Positions 10,466-19,476 of a stretch of DNA of 64,000 nucleotides are shown piece by piece. The stretch's first letter is position 1, and every line of letters begins with the position of its first letter. Position numbers and translations under genes: made by a program. Origin of the DNA: Candidatus Latescibacterota bacterium (GTDB lineage: Bacteria > Latescibacterota > UBA2968 > UBA8231); NCBI GenBank assembly GCA_965206595.1, contig OZ242214.1:96001-160000 (forward strand), given 5' to 3'. The notes beneath the pieces are model-generated. The model did no database searches, was not told the DNA's origin, and saw nothing but the letters and a program-made list of their open reading frames with translations.

Positions 10466-11356
10466 ATGGCACTGACTCAAGAACAGAAAACCCAATTTTT
10501 CCAGGACGGCTATATCGTCTTCAAAGAACTTCTCACCACGGACGAACTCGAGACCCTACACAACCACTACGCCGACCTCGCACTCGGTCGCGTCCCCGAC
10601 TTCCCGGAAGGCAATATCTCTCACTACACTCCGGATGCGGCTCAAGCCGCCGAGCCGCCCACGCCTCACGGGAGTCGACATGACCGGCGCGGCACCCAGG
10701 TCTATCCAAAAGGGGAAGCAACCGCGCCCGAAGTGCGCACGCCGGTTGCGAACCCGTTGGATACGATCAGCCATCTCACCCTGCCTTCGTACTACGATCC
10801 GGTCTTCAAAGCGTTTGTCGGGAGCCCCAGAATTGTCGACATCGTCGAATCCCTGATGGGGCCGGACATCAAGCTCTACTACGACCAGGTCTTTGCGAAA
10901 CCGCCTTACGCGAAAGCGAATCGCTACCATCAGGATTCCGTTTTCTGGGCATTCTTCGCGAGCAACTTCCAGGTCACGTGCCAGATTCTGCTCGACGATG
11001 CGACTGTCGAGAACGGCTGTGTGCGTTTTATCCCGGGCAGCCACAACTTCGGCCTCGTCAACTGGGACCATCTTCCCTACATGCTGACAGAGGACGTGCT
11101 CGCGCAAGAGGTCGCGGTTCCACTGAAAGCGGGTGATGCGACCTTTCACCATAGCCTGGCACTCCATTGCAGCGGCCCGAATACAACGCCGTACCGGCGG
11201 CGCGGTTGGTCGATTCACTACGTCTCCTCGGACACGCGTTACATCGGAACACCGGAAGAGACCGAACACCTCAAACAGCGCGGTTGTCTTATCGGACCCG
11301 AACCTGTCAACGGGTGGCCCCTGATCCGTGGGCTCGAGTTCCCGGGTTGTGTATAG
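10466..11356 (+). CDS. PhyH-family Fe(II)/2OG dioxygenase
   Basis: FFQDGY, YHQD, LDDATVENGC..IPGSH and HCSGPN..RR motifs. Confidence 0.9.
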   Translation: MALTQEQKTQFFQDGYIVFKELLTTDELETLHNHYADLALGRVPDFPEGNISHYTPDAAQAAEPPTPHGSRHDRRGTQVYPKGEATAPEVRTPVANPLDTISHLTLPSYYDPVFKAFVGSPRIVDIVESLMGPDIKLYYDQVFAKPPYAKANRYHQDSVFWAFFASNFQVTCQILLDDATVENGCVRFIPGSHNFGLVNWDHLPYMLTEDVLAQEVAVPLKAGDATFHHSLALHCSGPNTTPYRRRGWSIHYVSSDTRYIGTPEETEHLKQRGCLIGPEPVNGWPLIRGLEFPGCV

Positions 11357-11500
11357 TCAGATCACCGCGCCGCGCGCCGCCGTCCACAGGGGAACACCGG
11401 ATGTCTCCTTCGAAAGAATGGCGGTGGCAGGCACGTAAATAGCTCCCGGTCAATCGGCTGACAATCGCCTCAGCCGCGTTTCCCGGAAATGATGCGGTGA

Positions 11501-13426
11501 CTACATGTGGGACAGCACCCTGCCGTTCTCCACCGTCAGCGCGTAAACGACCGCCCACGCGCCGCCGGTCAGCACCTCTCCGAGGATCAGCCCGAGGAAG
11601 AACGGCTTGAGCGTCCGGAACAGCTTGCCGCCGCCGACGTGGAGGATGATCGCCTTGAGGATCCAGGCGATCATCGCCGAAAACCAGATGGAGCTGGTCA
11701 GCCAGCCGAAGGCGATGGTGAAGCCGATCGGGTGCAGGGGCCACCAGTACCAGCGGTGCTGTCCCCACATCAGCAGGAACTCGAAGGCTCCGCCGATCCC
11801 CTTGAACAGCCAGCCGCGCATGTTGGCCTCCGGCAAGGCGGTCGAAGTCGGGCCGATGTAGGGCCAGCCGTGGGCCCCGGCCCATTGCAGGAGGTTGAGG
11901 TTGATGGCGCCGTAGCTGTAGGAGAGCTCCAGGGTCGTGTAGAGGGACGCCAACAGGCTGGCGACCAGGGCGATCATCAGGCCCCAGAAGAGGCGCGTTT
12001 TCGAGCCCTTCACCGACTCGGCGAGCTTGAGGCCGTTGGAGGCGGCGACCATCGGCGAGGTGCGCGACTCCCCCTGCCAGATGAAGGTGTAGGTCAGCGC
12101 CACGAGGCCCTTGGTTCCCAGAATCGAGGTGCCGAACCCGGAGATGATGAAGTAGGCCGGCACGATCGGGCTGCGCGCCGTGGGAACCCCCGCGGTGGCG
12201 ACGACGCGCGCCACCAGGGCGAAGAAGATGACGCTGACGATGAGCAGGACGGGGACGTACACGGCCGGCACCCCGGAGCGCCACAGCCAGATGCCGACCG
12301 CGGTGAAGCTGGCGAGAAAGCCGACGGCGGCGGTGCGGTAGCGCAGCAGCTCCTCGCTGTCGTCGATCCCCTTGCGCGGGCTCCAGGCGGAGCGCGCCAC
12401 GTCCCGGAGGTGGGCGCGGGCGCTCCACAGGCCGAAGAGGATGAAGACGACCACCGCCCCGGTCTGCTGGTGCGTCAGGTCGGCGGCGGGAGGGTACGAC
12501 TCGTAGGCGCTCAGGCGCTCGGTGCTGGCGATGCCGAGGACGTTGAAGATCCCCTCCTGGATCTTGCAGAAGACGTAGAAGAACCAGACGCTGAAGGTGA
12601 GGTCGAGACTGGCGAGGTAGAAGAAGCCGATGTAGGCGAAAATGACCGACATCGGCAGGTGCACGGTGCCCCGGAACATCGGGAAGCTGGCGCTGAGGTT
12701 CGGGTCGGGCAGGAAGGGGAAGTGGAAGTTGAGCCCCTTCATGCTCAGGTAGAGGAAGGGCAGGGAGAACCCGACCCACATGATCGGGTTCCTGAACAGC
12801 GGCGCCACCTTCGACATGGCGCCCTCTTCGCCGGCGAGCATCCCCTGCGGCAGCTGCATCATCGGGTAGGCGAGGCGTTCGTGGGTCGACCACTGGCGGT
12901 GCAGGATGCCGCTCAGGCAGATCAGCATGAACCCCATCGCAACCACCAGCCCGAGCCACCAGGCCATCGGCTCGATCCACACTTCCCACGGAATCGGCGT
13001 CCCTTTGGGCAGACCCTCGTAGTATCCCTTGATGGCCTCGAGGTCCTGCGGCACCATCCACTGCGGGATGTAGTCGAAGAACAGCTCTTCGAAGCGGTTC
13101 TCGGGGGTGGCGTAGTAGAACGGGTAGACGATGGTCCCGATCAGGAAGAACATCAGCCCCCAGGTCGGCACCGTCACCGCCATCAGCAGCATGCAGTAGA
13201 TGAGGACGAGGTCGGCCTTCGACAGCGCCAGCCGGCGGCCAAGAAAGGCCACGACGATGTTGGCGAAGACGACGCAGGCGAAAAAGAGCAAGGCCCCGGG
13301 CGAGGAGGGGTTGAAGCCGATCCAGTGGTACTGGAAGACGGTGACGTACGGGGCGACGACCCCGATCGCCAGGCACAGGAGCGTGCCGATACCGAGTCCC
13401 TTCAGACTGAAGGCGGATTTGCTCAC
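11501..13426 (-). CDS. Polytopic membrane protein, DUF6785/DUF6784-like putative transporter
   Basis: 641 aa with many hydrophobic segments; PFYYATPENR, RQW...ERL.YP, WWPLHPIG and KPFFLGLILG signatures. Confidence 0.75.
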   Translation of the reverse strand: MSKSAFSLKGLGIGTLLCLAIGVVAPYVTVFQYHWIGFNPSSPGALLFFACVVFANIVVAFLGRRLALSKADLVLIYCMLLMAVTVPTWGLMFFLIGTIVYPFYYATPENRFEELFFDYIPQWMVPQDLEAIKGYYEGLPKGTPIPWEVWIEPMAWWLGLVVAMGFMLICLSGILHRQWSTHERLAYPMMQLPQGMLAGEEGAMSKVAPLFRNPIMWVGFSLPFLYLSMKGLNFHFPFLPDPNLSASFPMFRGTVHLPMSVIFAYIGFFYLASLDLTFSVWFFYVFCKIQEGIFNVLGIASTERLSAYESYPPAADLTHQQTGAVVVFILFGLWSARAHLRDVARSAWSPRKGIDDSEELLRYRTAAVGFLASFTAVGIWLWRSGVPAVYVPVLLIVSVIFFALVARVVATAGVPTARSPIVPAYFIISGFGTSILGTKGLVALTYTFIWQGESRTSPMVAASNGLKLAESVKGSKTRLFWGLMIALVASLLASLYTTLELSYSYGAINLNLLQWAGAHGWPYIGPTSTALPEANMRGWLFKGIGGAFEFLLMWGQHRWYWWPLHPIGFTIAFGWLTSSIWFSAMIAWILKAIILHVGGGKLFRTLKPFFLGLILGEVLTGGAWAVVYALTVENGRVLSHM

Positions 13427-13587
13427 GTCGTCGATTTTCGCCGGTTGACTGCGGATGGTGTGGCGGGCTTTTCGAGCATACGATAGTGGACCGTTCCGTT
13501 CAATCGTGCAATCGCGCCGCCCTGCTTGCTATGGGCGCGCAGGCTCCGGGCCAAAGCGGCCTGATGCACCTGCAGCGGCACATTCCG

Positions 13588-13625
13588 TGGAGGTCCCTAC
13601 GTGCCAATCTGGAGGTCCCTACGTG
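13588..13625. repeat. 16-bp direct repeat
   Basis: TGGAGGTCCCTACGTG at 13588-13603 and 13610-13625. Confidence 0.9.
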
Positions 13626-13720
13626 GAAGGCAGGCCATGGATTGAGGACGAAATTTGGCTTTGAACCTGTCCGTTGCCTTCTGAAGTCGATGTTGTTCGC
13701 AGCCGCGCCAGATAAGAATC

Positions 13721-13990
13721 TTACCGAAACCGTGCTTTAGCAAGCAAACCAGAGAGCTCGGACAGGTCTTCAAGAGTGAACAGTACCTCGTACTCCTCGA
13801 ACGTTTTCGCTGAAGTGACACCAGAAAGGACAGCAATAAAGGGAATGTTCGCGGATAGAGCCGCTTTGGCATCCACAGGACTATCTCCGACGTAAGCCGT
13901 CTCAGCCGCGGAATACCCCAGTTTGCTTACAGCTAACAACAAACCTGCAGGATCGGGTTTTTGGGCTGAAACATCTTTTCGCCCTGCGTA
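13721..13990 (-). pseudogene. C-terminal fragment of a HAD-family hydrolase (phosphoglycolate phosphatase-like)
   Basis: KPDPAGL and YVGDSPVD..AA (HAD motifs III/IV); motif I is missing; low GC. Confidence 0.75.
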
Positions 13991-14118
13991 ATGTGAAACG
14001 AAACCGGTCTCAATCCTTCACCTCCAAGGTGAGTCCAAATCCTCCTCTACTATACTCTGGATTCCCCTCGGAAAGCAACCAAAAATCCGACTCTCGACTT
14101 AACGGATTCAGGAATGAC

Positions 14119-14205
14119 GCATAACGTTTCGCCGGTTTGCGAGCCGCGAAGCGGTTGCCGCAGGCCAAGGAGCGCAGCGAAGTAGTGCAAACCGTGCTGT
14201 TATTC
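14119..14205 (-). other. Integron attC site
   Basis: Minus strand GAATAAC-agcac-GGTTTGC...GCAAACC-ggcgaaac-GTTATGC: 87 bp, R''/R' boxes and a complementary L box, just after the stop of 14221-14571. Confidence 0.75.
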
Positions 14206-14220
14206 GAAGCCGTCATACTT

Positions 14221-14571
14221 CTATGGGCCGCGCTTTAGGACATAGAGCGCCCATAGGCCCATCGTCAATACATAGAAGACGCCAATGGGGACACTTAAGA
14301 AGAACCACCATAGGAATGACCTTCCTTTCTTCGCGAGATCTCCGTAGACGCATCCACCTGCCACGATGGCTAGTCCCGCAATCCCCAACGGCCATGAATT
14401 GATTAAGACGAGATACATGAGAAGATGGGCGCCGACCATCATTTGGCCACATACCACGAGAACCTTTTTGCCTGCTACGACTCCAACGAAGGCCCCGGTT
14501 GCGCCGACCAGGCCAATCACGAGCATTGGGTATGCCAATCTCGAATAGATTTCATGGCCAGATTCAATCAC
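14221..14571 (-). CDS. Small membrane protein (about 4 TM), probable integron gene cassette
   Basis: 116 hydrophobic aa, low GC, purine-rich RBS, bounded by two attC-like sites. Confidence 0.7.
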   Translation of the reverse strand: MIESGHEIYSRLAYPMLVIGLVGATGAFVGVVAGKKVLVVCGQMMVGAHLLMYLVLINSWPLGIAGLAIVAGGCVYGDLAKKGRSFLWWFFLSVPIGVFYVLTMGLWALYVLKRGP

Positions 14572-14611
14572 CGACTCCAGCCCTTCCTCTCAAAAAACTC
14601 TTTACGGTTTC

Positions 14612-14691
14612 GTATAACGTTCTCGGCACCCTCGAACTGCGAATTGGTTTGGCTAAGGGCAAAGCCCGAAGCCGGGGACACGGTGTTAGAC
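14612..14691 (-). other. Second, more degenerate attC-like site
   Basis: Minus strand GTCTAAC (perfect RYYYAAC) ... GTTATAC, 80 bp; inner pairing is weaker. Confidence 0.55.
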
Positions 14692-14728
14692 GAAGGAGCC
14701 TGTCATTTCAAGATCGATCAGGGGATAT

Positions 14729-14912
14729 CTACGCTCGAAGAAAGTCTTCTGCCGTTATCGCGCTTGCTTCAGAATGGCAGATAAGGTGCCCTCCGGCAAA
14801 TCCCCAGAGTGATTGGGAAAAGTCGTTCGATGTCGAGTAACAGGGTTCCACCAAATCTCGTGGCTGCCTCGTGCGTGTCGGTCAAACGTAAATCCCAACC
14901 GCCTTATTTTTT
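14729..14912 (-). pseudogene. hicA: HicA-family toxin remnant
   Basis: RRLGF..RHARGSHEIW..TTFPNH..DLPEGTL.AILKQA. The 5' end is removed by ISL3; a frameshift near 14758 separates the tail ITAEDFLRA*. Confidence 0.8.
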
Positions 14913-16358
14913 GGCTCCTCTGGAGAATCTGTGGGTGAGGAGGGGAGGCTGCGGCGATGGGAATAGAGGAGGCCAGGTAGCCCAGGCGCATCATCCCCCG
15001 GTATGTTGGGACAGTCCACCAAGACGGAACCCAACTACCTGTGGAGGGAATGATGCGCCTGATCACGGTACTAAACCGGTGCACGACCTTCAAGCGGTTT
15101 GTGTTTGAGGGCAGTCATTTTGACCGGCACGGAAGGATAATGGTGAGGATCAGGCCACGGAAAAACTCCCGGGGCGCGTGCAGCGGCTGCGGTCACTTGG
15201 CCCCCACCTATGACACGGCCCCCGAGGCCCGGCTGTTCGAGTTTGTTCCCCTCTGGGGGTTTCCGGTCTTTCTGGTGTATCGCATGCGCCGGGTTGCCTG
15301 CAAAGCCTGCGGCCGGGTGGTCGTCGAGAAGGTCCCCTGGAGCACGGGCAAGCACCACCTGACCGACCTCTACCGCTGCTTCCTGGCCCAGGGGGCCAAA
15401 AAACTGTCGTGGATCGAGGTGGCGCGTTCCTTCCGGACCCGTTGGGACAAGGTCTACCACTCCGTCCAGTACGTCGTGGACTATGGGCTCGCTCATCGCT
15501 GCCTCGACCAGGTCACGGCCCTCGGCGTGGATGAAATCCAGTATCGTAAGGGGCCTCATTATCTGACGTTGCTGTACCAGATCGACCCCCACCGCCGCCG
15601 CCTGTTGTGGATGGGCGAGAAGCGGACGAAGAAGGCCTTGAACGACGGCTTTACCGAACGGGAGCAGGAGCACCGGCGCAAGCAGGAAGCCGGCGGCGAG
15701 CAGGAGCCGACCCGTTTCCTCGACCAGATTACCGTCATCTGCTCTGATATCTGGAAAGCCTACCTCGACGTTATCAGCAAGCGGCTCCCCACCGCGGTAC
15801 CTATTCTCGACCGTTTTCACCTCATGCAGCACTTCAGCAAGGCCCTCGACAAAGTCCGTGCCGAAGAGGCCCGCAGACTCAAAGAACAGGGCCAGGATCC
15901 GGTCCTGAGCAAGAGCCGCTGGTGCTTCCTGAAGCGCAAGGAGAACCTCAGCGACTCCCCCCCAAGGCTTGAAGCTGTCGGAGCTATTGAAGATGAACCT
16001 GCGGACGGTCAGAGCCTACCTGCTCAAGGAGGACTTCCAGCGCTTCTGGGACTACACCTACTCCGCGTGGGCTGAGAAGTTCCTCCAGCGCGGGTGTTTC
16101 CGTACGATGAGAAGCAACATCGAACCGATGAAAGACATCGCCGGAATGCTGCGGCGTCACCAAGAGCTCATCCTCAATTGGTTCAGGGCCAGGAAGCAGT
16201 TCAACAACGGCATGGTCGAGGGCTTGAACCTGAAATGGAATCTGACAGGGAGAAAAGCATTCGGATGCCGCACCTTCAAGGCACTCCAAATCGCTTCATT
16301 CCATCAGCTCGGCGATTTACCCGAGCCACAATTCACCCACGAATTCTACTGACGAGCC
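14913..16358 (+). mobile_element. ISL3-family element
   Basis: Imperfect IRs GGCTCCTCTGGAGAAT / GGCTCGTCAGTAGAAT (13/16); no TSD. Confidence 0.85.
15050..16352 (+). pseudogene. ISL3 transposase, frameshifted
   Basis: CxxC..CxxC, LGVDE, CSDIW, LDRFH and NGMVEGLN motifs; frameshift at the C7 run 15957-15963. Confidence 0.88.
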
Positions 16359-16529
16359 GAATTTATTGACATATCTCTGGATTTTCGCCTCTGCGAGATT
16401 GTCCTCAAAGGCGTCGATCAACGCTGCAATCTGGACAAGCCCTTCGCCCTGAAGTTGCCACAGGGCGTTCAAGTGCTGAAGTCCGCGTTGTCCGAGCCCG
16501 AGAATTGCAACGCGAATTGGTTGACTCAT
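16359..16529 (-). pseudogene. 5' fragment of a Gfo/Idh/MocA oxidoreductase
   Basis: MSQPIRVAILGLGQRG..H Rossmann start, cut at the ISL3 right end. Confidence 0.7.
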
Positions 16530-16536
16530 GAAACTT

Positions 16537-16701
16537 TCACCTTCGATTCGCCCTCCCCTCAATTTCGGCAACCCTTTCTATCAAGTCGGCGAACTGCTCT
16601 TCGTCGTCGAATAACATCCCATCGCTGAGCATCCTCGCGTAGTCGTCGGCCAGAGCCTCGTAAGCCAAGCCATGGGGCACCAACTGCAATCCACCCGTTA
16701 C
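16537..16701 (-). pseudogene. C-terminal remnant of an AbiEii-like nucleotidyltransferase toxin
   Basis: Translated by hand: GGLQLVP..AYEALADDYARMLSDGMLFDDEEQFADLIER..*, resembling AbiEii C-termini; cut at the ISKra4-like left end. Confidence 0.55.
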
Positions 16702-18279
16702 GGGCGTCTTAAGTAATTGTCATAGCGCAATTCAGGTGGCGTATGTGTATATTTTACAGTAAGTTGCTTTCTTTTGCCGCATCCCCTGCGGCGCGCTCCC
16801 CTGATTTCAGAAAGAAGGGGAGCGATGAGTGCGATTCTCTCTCTGGAAGTTTTTCAGGAGCGGCAGAGTCAGGACCGCTTTCGAAGCCGGGCGCATGAAG
16901 CCTTGGACCAATGGCTGGATCGGGTGGAGGCGCAAATGAGCGCGCGCGGATCTTGTGCGCCGACGTTGATGGAGATCACCGCGGCGATGTCTCAAGAGCG
17001 CTCCGGGCTCCCCGCGGCCTTGGTGGAAGCCTTCGTCGAACGCCGCCACGGCCATTTCCTGGCCCAGGAAGAGGCGGCCTGCCCCAAGTGCAAAGGCCTG
17101 CTGCGAGCGCGCCCGTCTCGCTCGCGCACGCAGGAGACGCTGCTCGGGCCGGTGACCTTGGAGCGTCCCTATTTCTACTGCGTTGGCTGTCAGTACGGGT
17201 TCTATCCGCTGGACGAAGCTCTCGGTCTGTCGGCGCAGCGCAAGCAGTGGGACGTGCAGCAGGCCGGGGTCAAGCTGGGGCTGGAGATGCCCCACCGGCG
17301 CGCCGCCGAACTGTTGGACGAGCTCACCGACGCGTCGATGAGCGATTGTGTGATTCACGAGGTGCTGCAACAGACCGGGTCGTTGGACGTGCTGCAGGTG
17401 TGTCCGGACGCGGCCGACATCCAGGATCGCATTGCGCACGCCGCCGCCGGTCGCAAGTGGCGGCCCATCGTGGTGTTGGCCATCGACTAAGGCCGACGTG
17501 CCCCGTCGTCCCCAGACCGCCAAAGGCACCCGTCCCGGACGCAAGAAGAGCCGGTCTCGGCGAAGGCGTTGGCAGGGGGAATACCACGAAGCCAAGGGCT
17601 TTCGCTTCTACCTGATAGACGATGAGCGCATCGAGCAGCTGATCTCCTGGCACCAGATGGGCAACGAACAGGCCTTCGGCGCGGCCTTGCGCCAGGTCAA
17701 GGAGGCGGGGCTGATCCCGGAGGATCAGGTGCGCTTGTGTGCCATCGGAGATGGCGCTCCGTGGATCTGGAAGGGGGTGGAAGAGCTGTTCCCCGGCGCC
17801 CGTCAGATCCTCGACTACTCCCATTGCAGCCGCTACCTGCACGCGGTGGCCGAGGCCCAATACGGCGCCGATGCGGCGCGTGCTGCCCATTGGCTGGAAG
17901 CGACCTTGGCTTTGCCTGTTCTGCGGCGAGGGCACCGGCGTGGTCTGGGGGCTGCAGCGCATGCAGCCGCTCTCGGAAGAGGCCGGAGAGGCCATCGGCA
18001 CGGCCTTGACCTACCTGCAAAAGCGACTGCACCAAGTCGATTTCGGCAGCCATCGCAAGGGGGGATACCCGATCGGGTCGGGGGCGATCGAATCGGCGCA
18101 TCGCTTCATCGGCCATGTTCGTCTGAAACGGTCGGGCGCTTGGTGGTATAAGGAAAACAGCAACGCCATTCTGGCCCTGCGCTGCGCCTTGTACAATGGA
18201 ACGCTTGACCGGGTCTTTCAGCAGTACCGAGAAAACCTGAAAACAACCACCGAAACCGTAACAATCAGCTAAGACACCC
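16702..18279 (+). mobile_element. ISKra4/UPF0236-like element
   Basis: IRs GGGCGTCTTAAGTAATTGT / GGGTGTCTTAGCTGATTGT (15/19); no TSD. Confidence 0.78.
16825..18272 (+). pseudogene. ISKra4-like transposase in three frames
   Basis: CPKC..R.YFYC..C..GFYPLDE.LG, IGDGAPWIW, ILDYSH and GYPIGSG.IESA..RLKRSG.WW motifs; breaks near 17488 and 17910. Confidence 0.82.
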
Positions 18280-18765
18280 GTCGAGGATTTCAACGATGCG
18301 CCGTTGTTCGGAAAGCGGTGGAAGAGGGATTTCTATTTCCTTGATGTCGTTGTCGGAAACGGCCGGGTAATTCGCGCCTCTGACGCGTTCTGACAACACA
18401 GCGACAAAATCACGTGTGATCGTGAGATAAAACAAGAAGCGAGGTTCTACAACGGCATTATTTGATCGCAGAACACAAAAGCCGGTTGAAGCGATATGGC
18501 CATTGAGGTGGGCCGGAACCATGGCGACGGCGTTGAGGTTCGGACGTACTGTCGACACCAGTATGTCGTCTTTCCGAATGACTTTCCGTGCACGGCTCGG
18601 AGCCTGGGCACCTGGCATGGTTTGGTGTTCGACGATTACCTTGTGAGTGCGGTCAATTCCGGAGATGTCGACGTACTGGAACTCGCCAGGAATTTCTCGG
18701 CGCGGATCGATTTGCTCGGTGGGTTCACACACATCAGCGATGGTTGCGGTGTTCCACCCCATCAT
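18280..18765 (-). pseudogene. hsdS: Type I R-M specificity subunit, truncated after the first TRD
   Basis: APSRARK..DILVSTVRPNL, STGFCVL and IPLPPLSEQRRIVEILD, ending at the IS boundary. Confidence 0.9.
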
Positions 18766-19154
18766 TCGCCCTCCATCTCTTCCAACTTTCCCCGAACCTG
18801 TTCAAGCAAAGCCTCGACGAGCCCGAGCGCCGCTTTGCGATCGATCGGATCGGTACTCGAATCGACACCACCATACCGGAACTCGACGGCATACGGAGTG
18901 TACATGGCCAGCTTTCGGAAAGCCTTCATGTCGACAGCCCGCGCGGCGAGCTGATTCACCAACGCCTCGAGATTGTGGGTAAGCGGGTAGGTCTCGCCGA
19001 GCAATGCGAGCCAGGCCTTGAAGGATTTCTCCGCGGCCTGCTGCACGTGAAACCCATACGATTCATCCGGCACCCCGGCAGTCATGTTCCGGAGCGTGAG
19101 GACATCGCGTTCGGCCGCATCGAGCAGCATCCGGGCGCACTTAGGGTCGCTCAT
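18762..19154 (-). CDS. HEPN-domain protein (MNT-HEPN toxin-antitoxin pair)
   Basis: FHVQQAAEKSFKA..L..YPLTHNL..L..YAVEFRY signature. Confidence 0.85.
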   Translation of the reverse strand: MSDPKCARMLLDAAERDVLTLRNMTAGVPDESYGFHVQQAAEKSFKAWLALLGETYPLTHNLEALVNQLAARAVDMKAFRKLAMYTPYAVEFRYGGVDSSTDPIDRKAALGLVEALLEQVRGKLEEMEGE

Positions 19155-19476
19155 AGAGCACCTTGCCTTCCCGTAGCGCCCGGGCCAGAACGTGGTTGAG
19201 AGAGTCGCGCCAGTAATCGACCTCGTCGTGGGTATAGACCAGGACGTCGGCAGAAACCGGAAAGTCCGCCAGGACCTTGTAGAGTCTGACCATCTCTTTG
19301 TGCCGGCTCCGCTCCCGGCCGAACGGCTCGGCTTCCAAGACCACCAGATCGACGTCCGATTCCTCTCGCTCGTCGCCGCGGGCGCGGGAACCGAAGAGGA
19401 TCACCTGCTCGGGATCGACCTCGCCGACGATGGCCTGGACCATCTGGTCGATGAGGGTGTCGGTGATTCCGGTCAC
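19141..19476 (-). CDS. Minimal nucleotidyltransferase (MNT)
   Basis: ILFGSRARGD...SDVDLVV; 111 aa; overlaps both neighbours. Confidence 0.9.
   Translation of the reverse strand: MTGITDTLIDQMVQAIVGEVDPEQVILFGSRARGDEREESDVDLVVLEAEPFGRERSRHKEMVRLYKVLADFPVSADVLVYTHDEVDYWRDSLNHVLARALREGKVLYERP

Noticed and set aside
11307-13486. Long alternative-frame and antisense ORFs (also 2008-3573, 34005-35687, 47158-50016, 51747-53561, 59997-61667, 61498-63015)
   Set aside because: Shadow ORFs typical of high-GC coding DNA; they lack motifs and overlap well-supported genes.
13640-13700. Third attC downstream of the HAD fragment
   Set aside because: A GAACAAC half-site is present, but I found no matching L'/R' half.
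15957-15963. Programmed frameshift in the ISL3 transposase
   Set aside because: ISL3 transposases are normally single ORFs; a C7 run fits mutation or sequencing error better.
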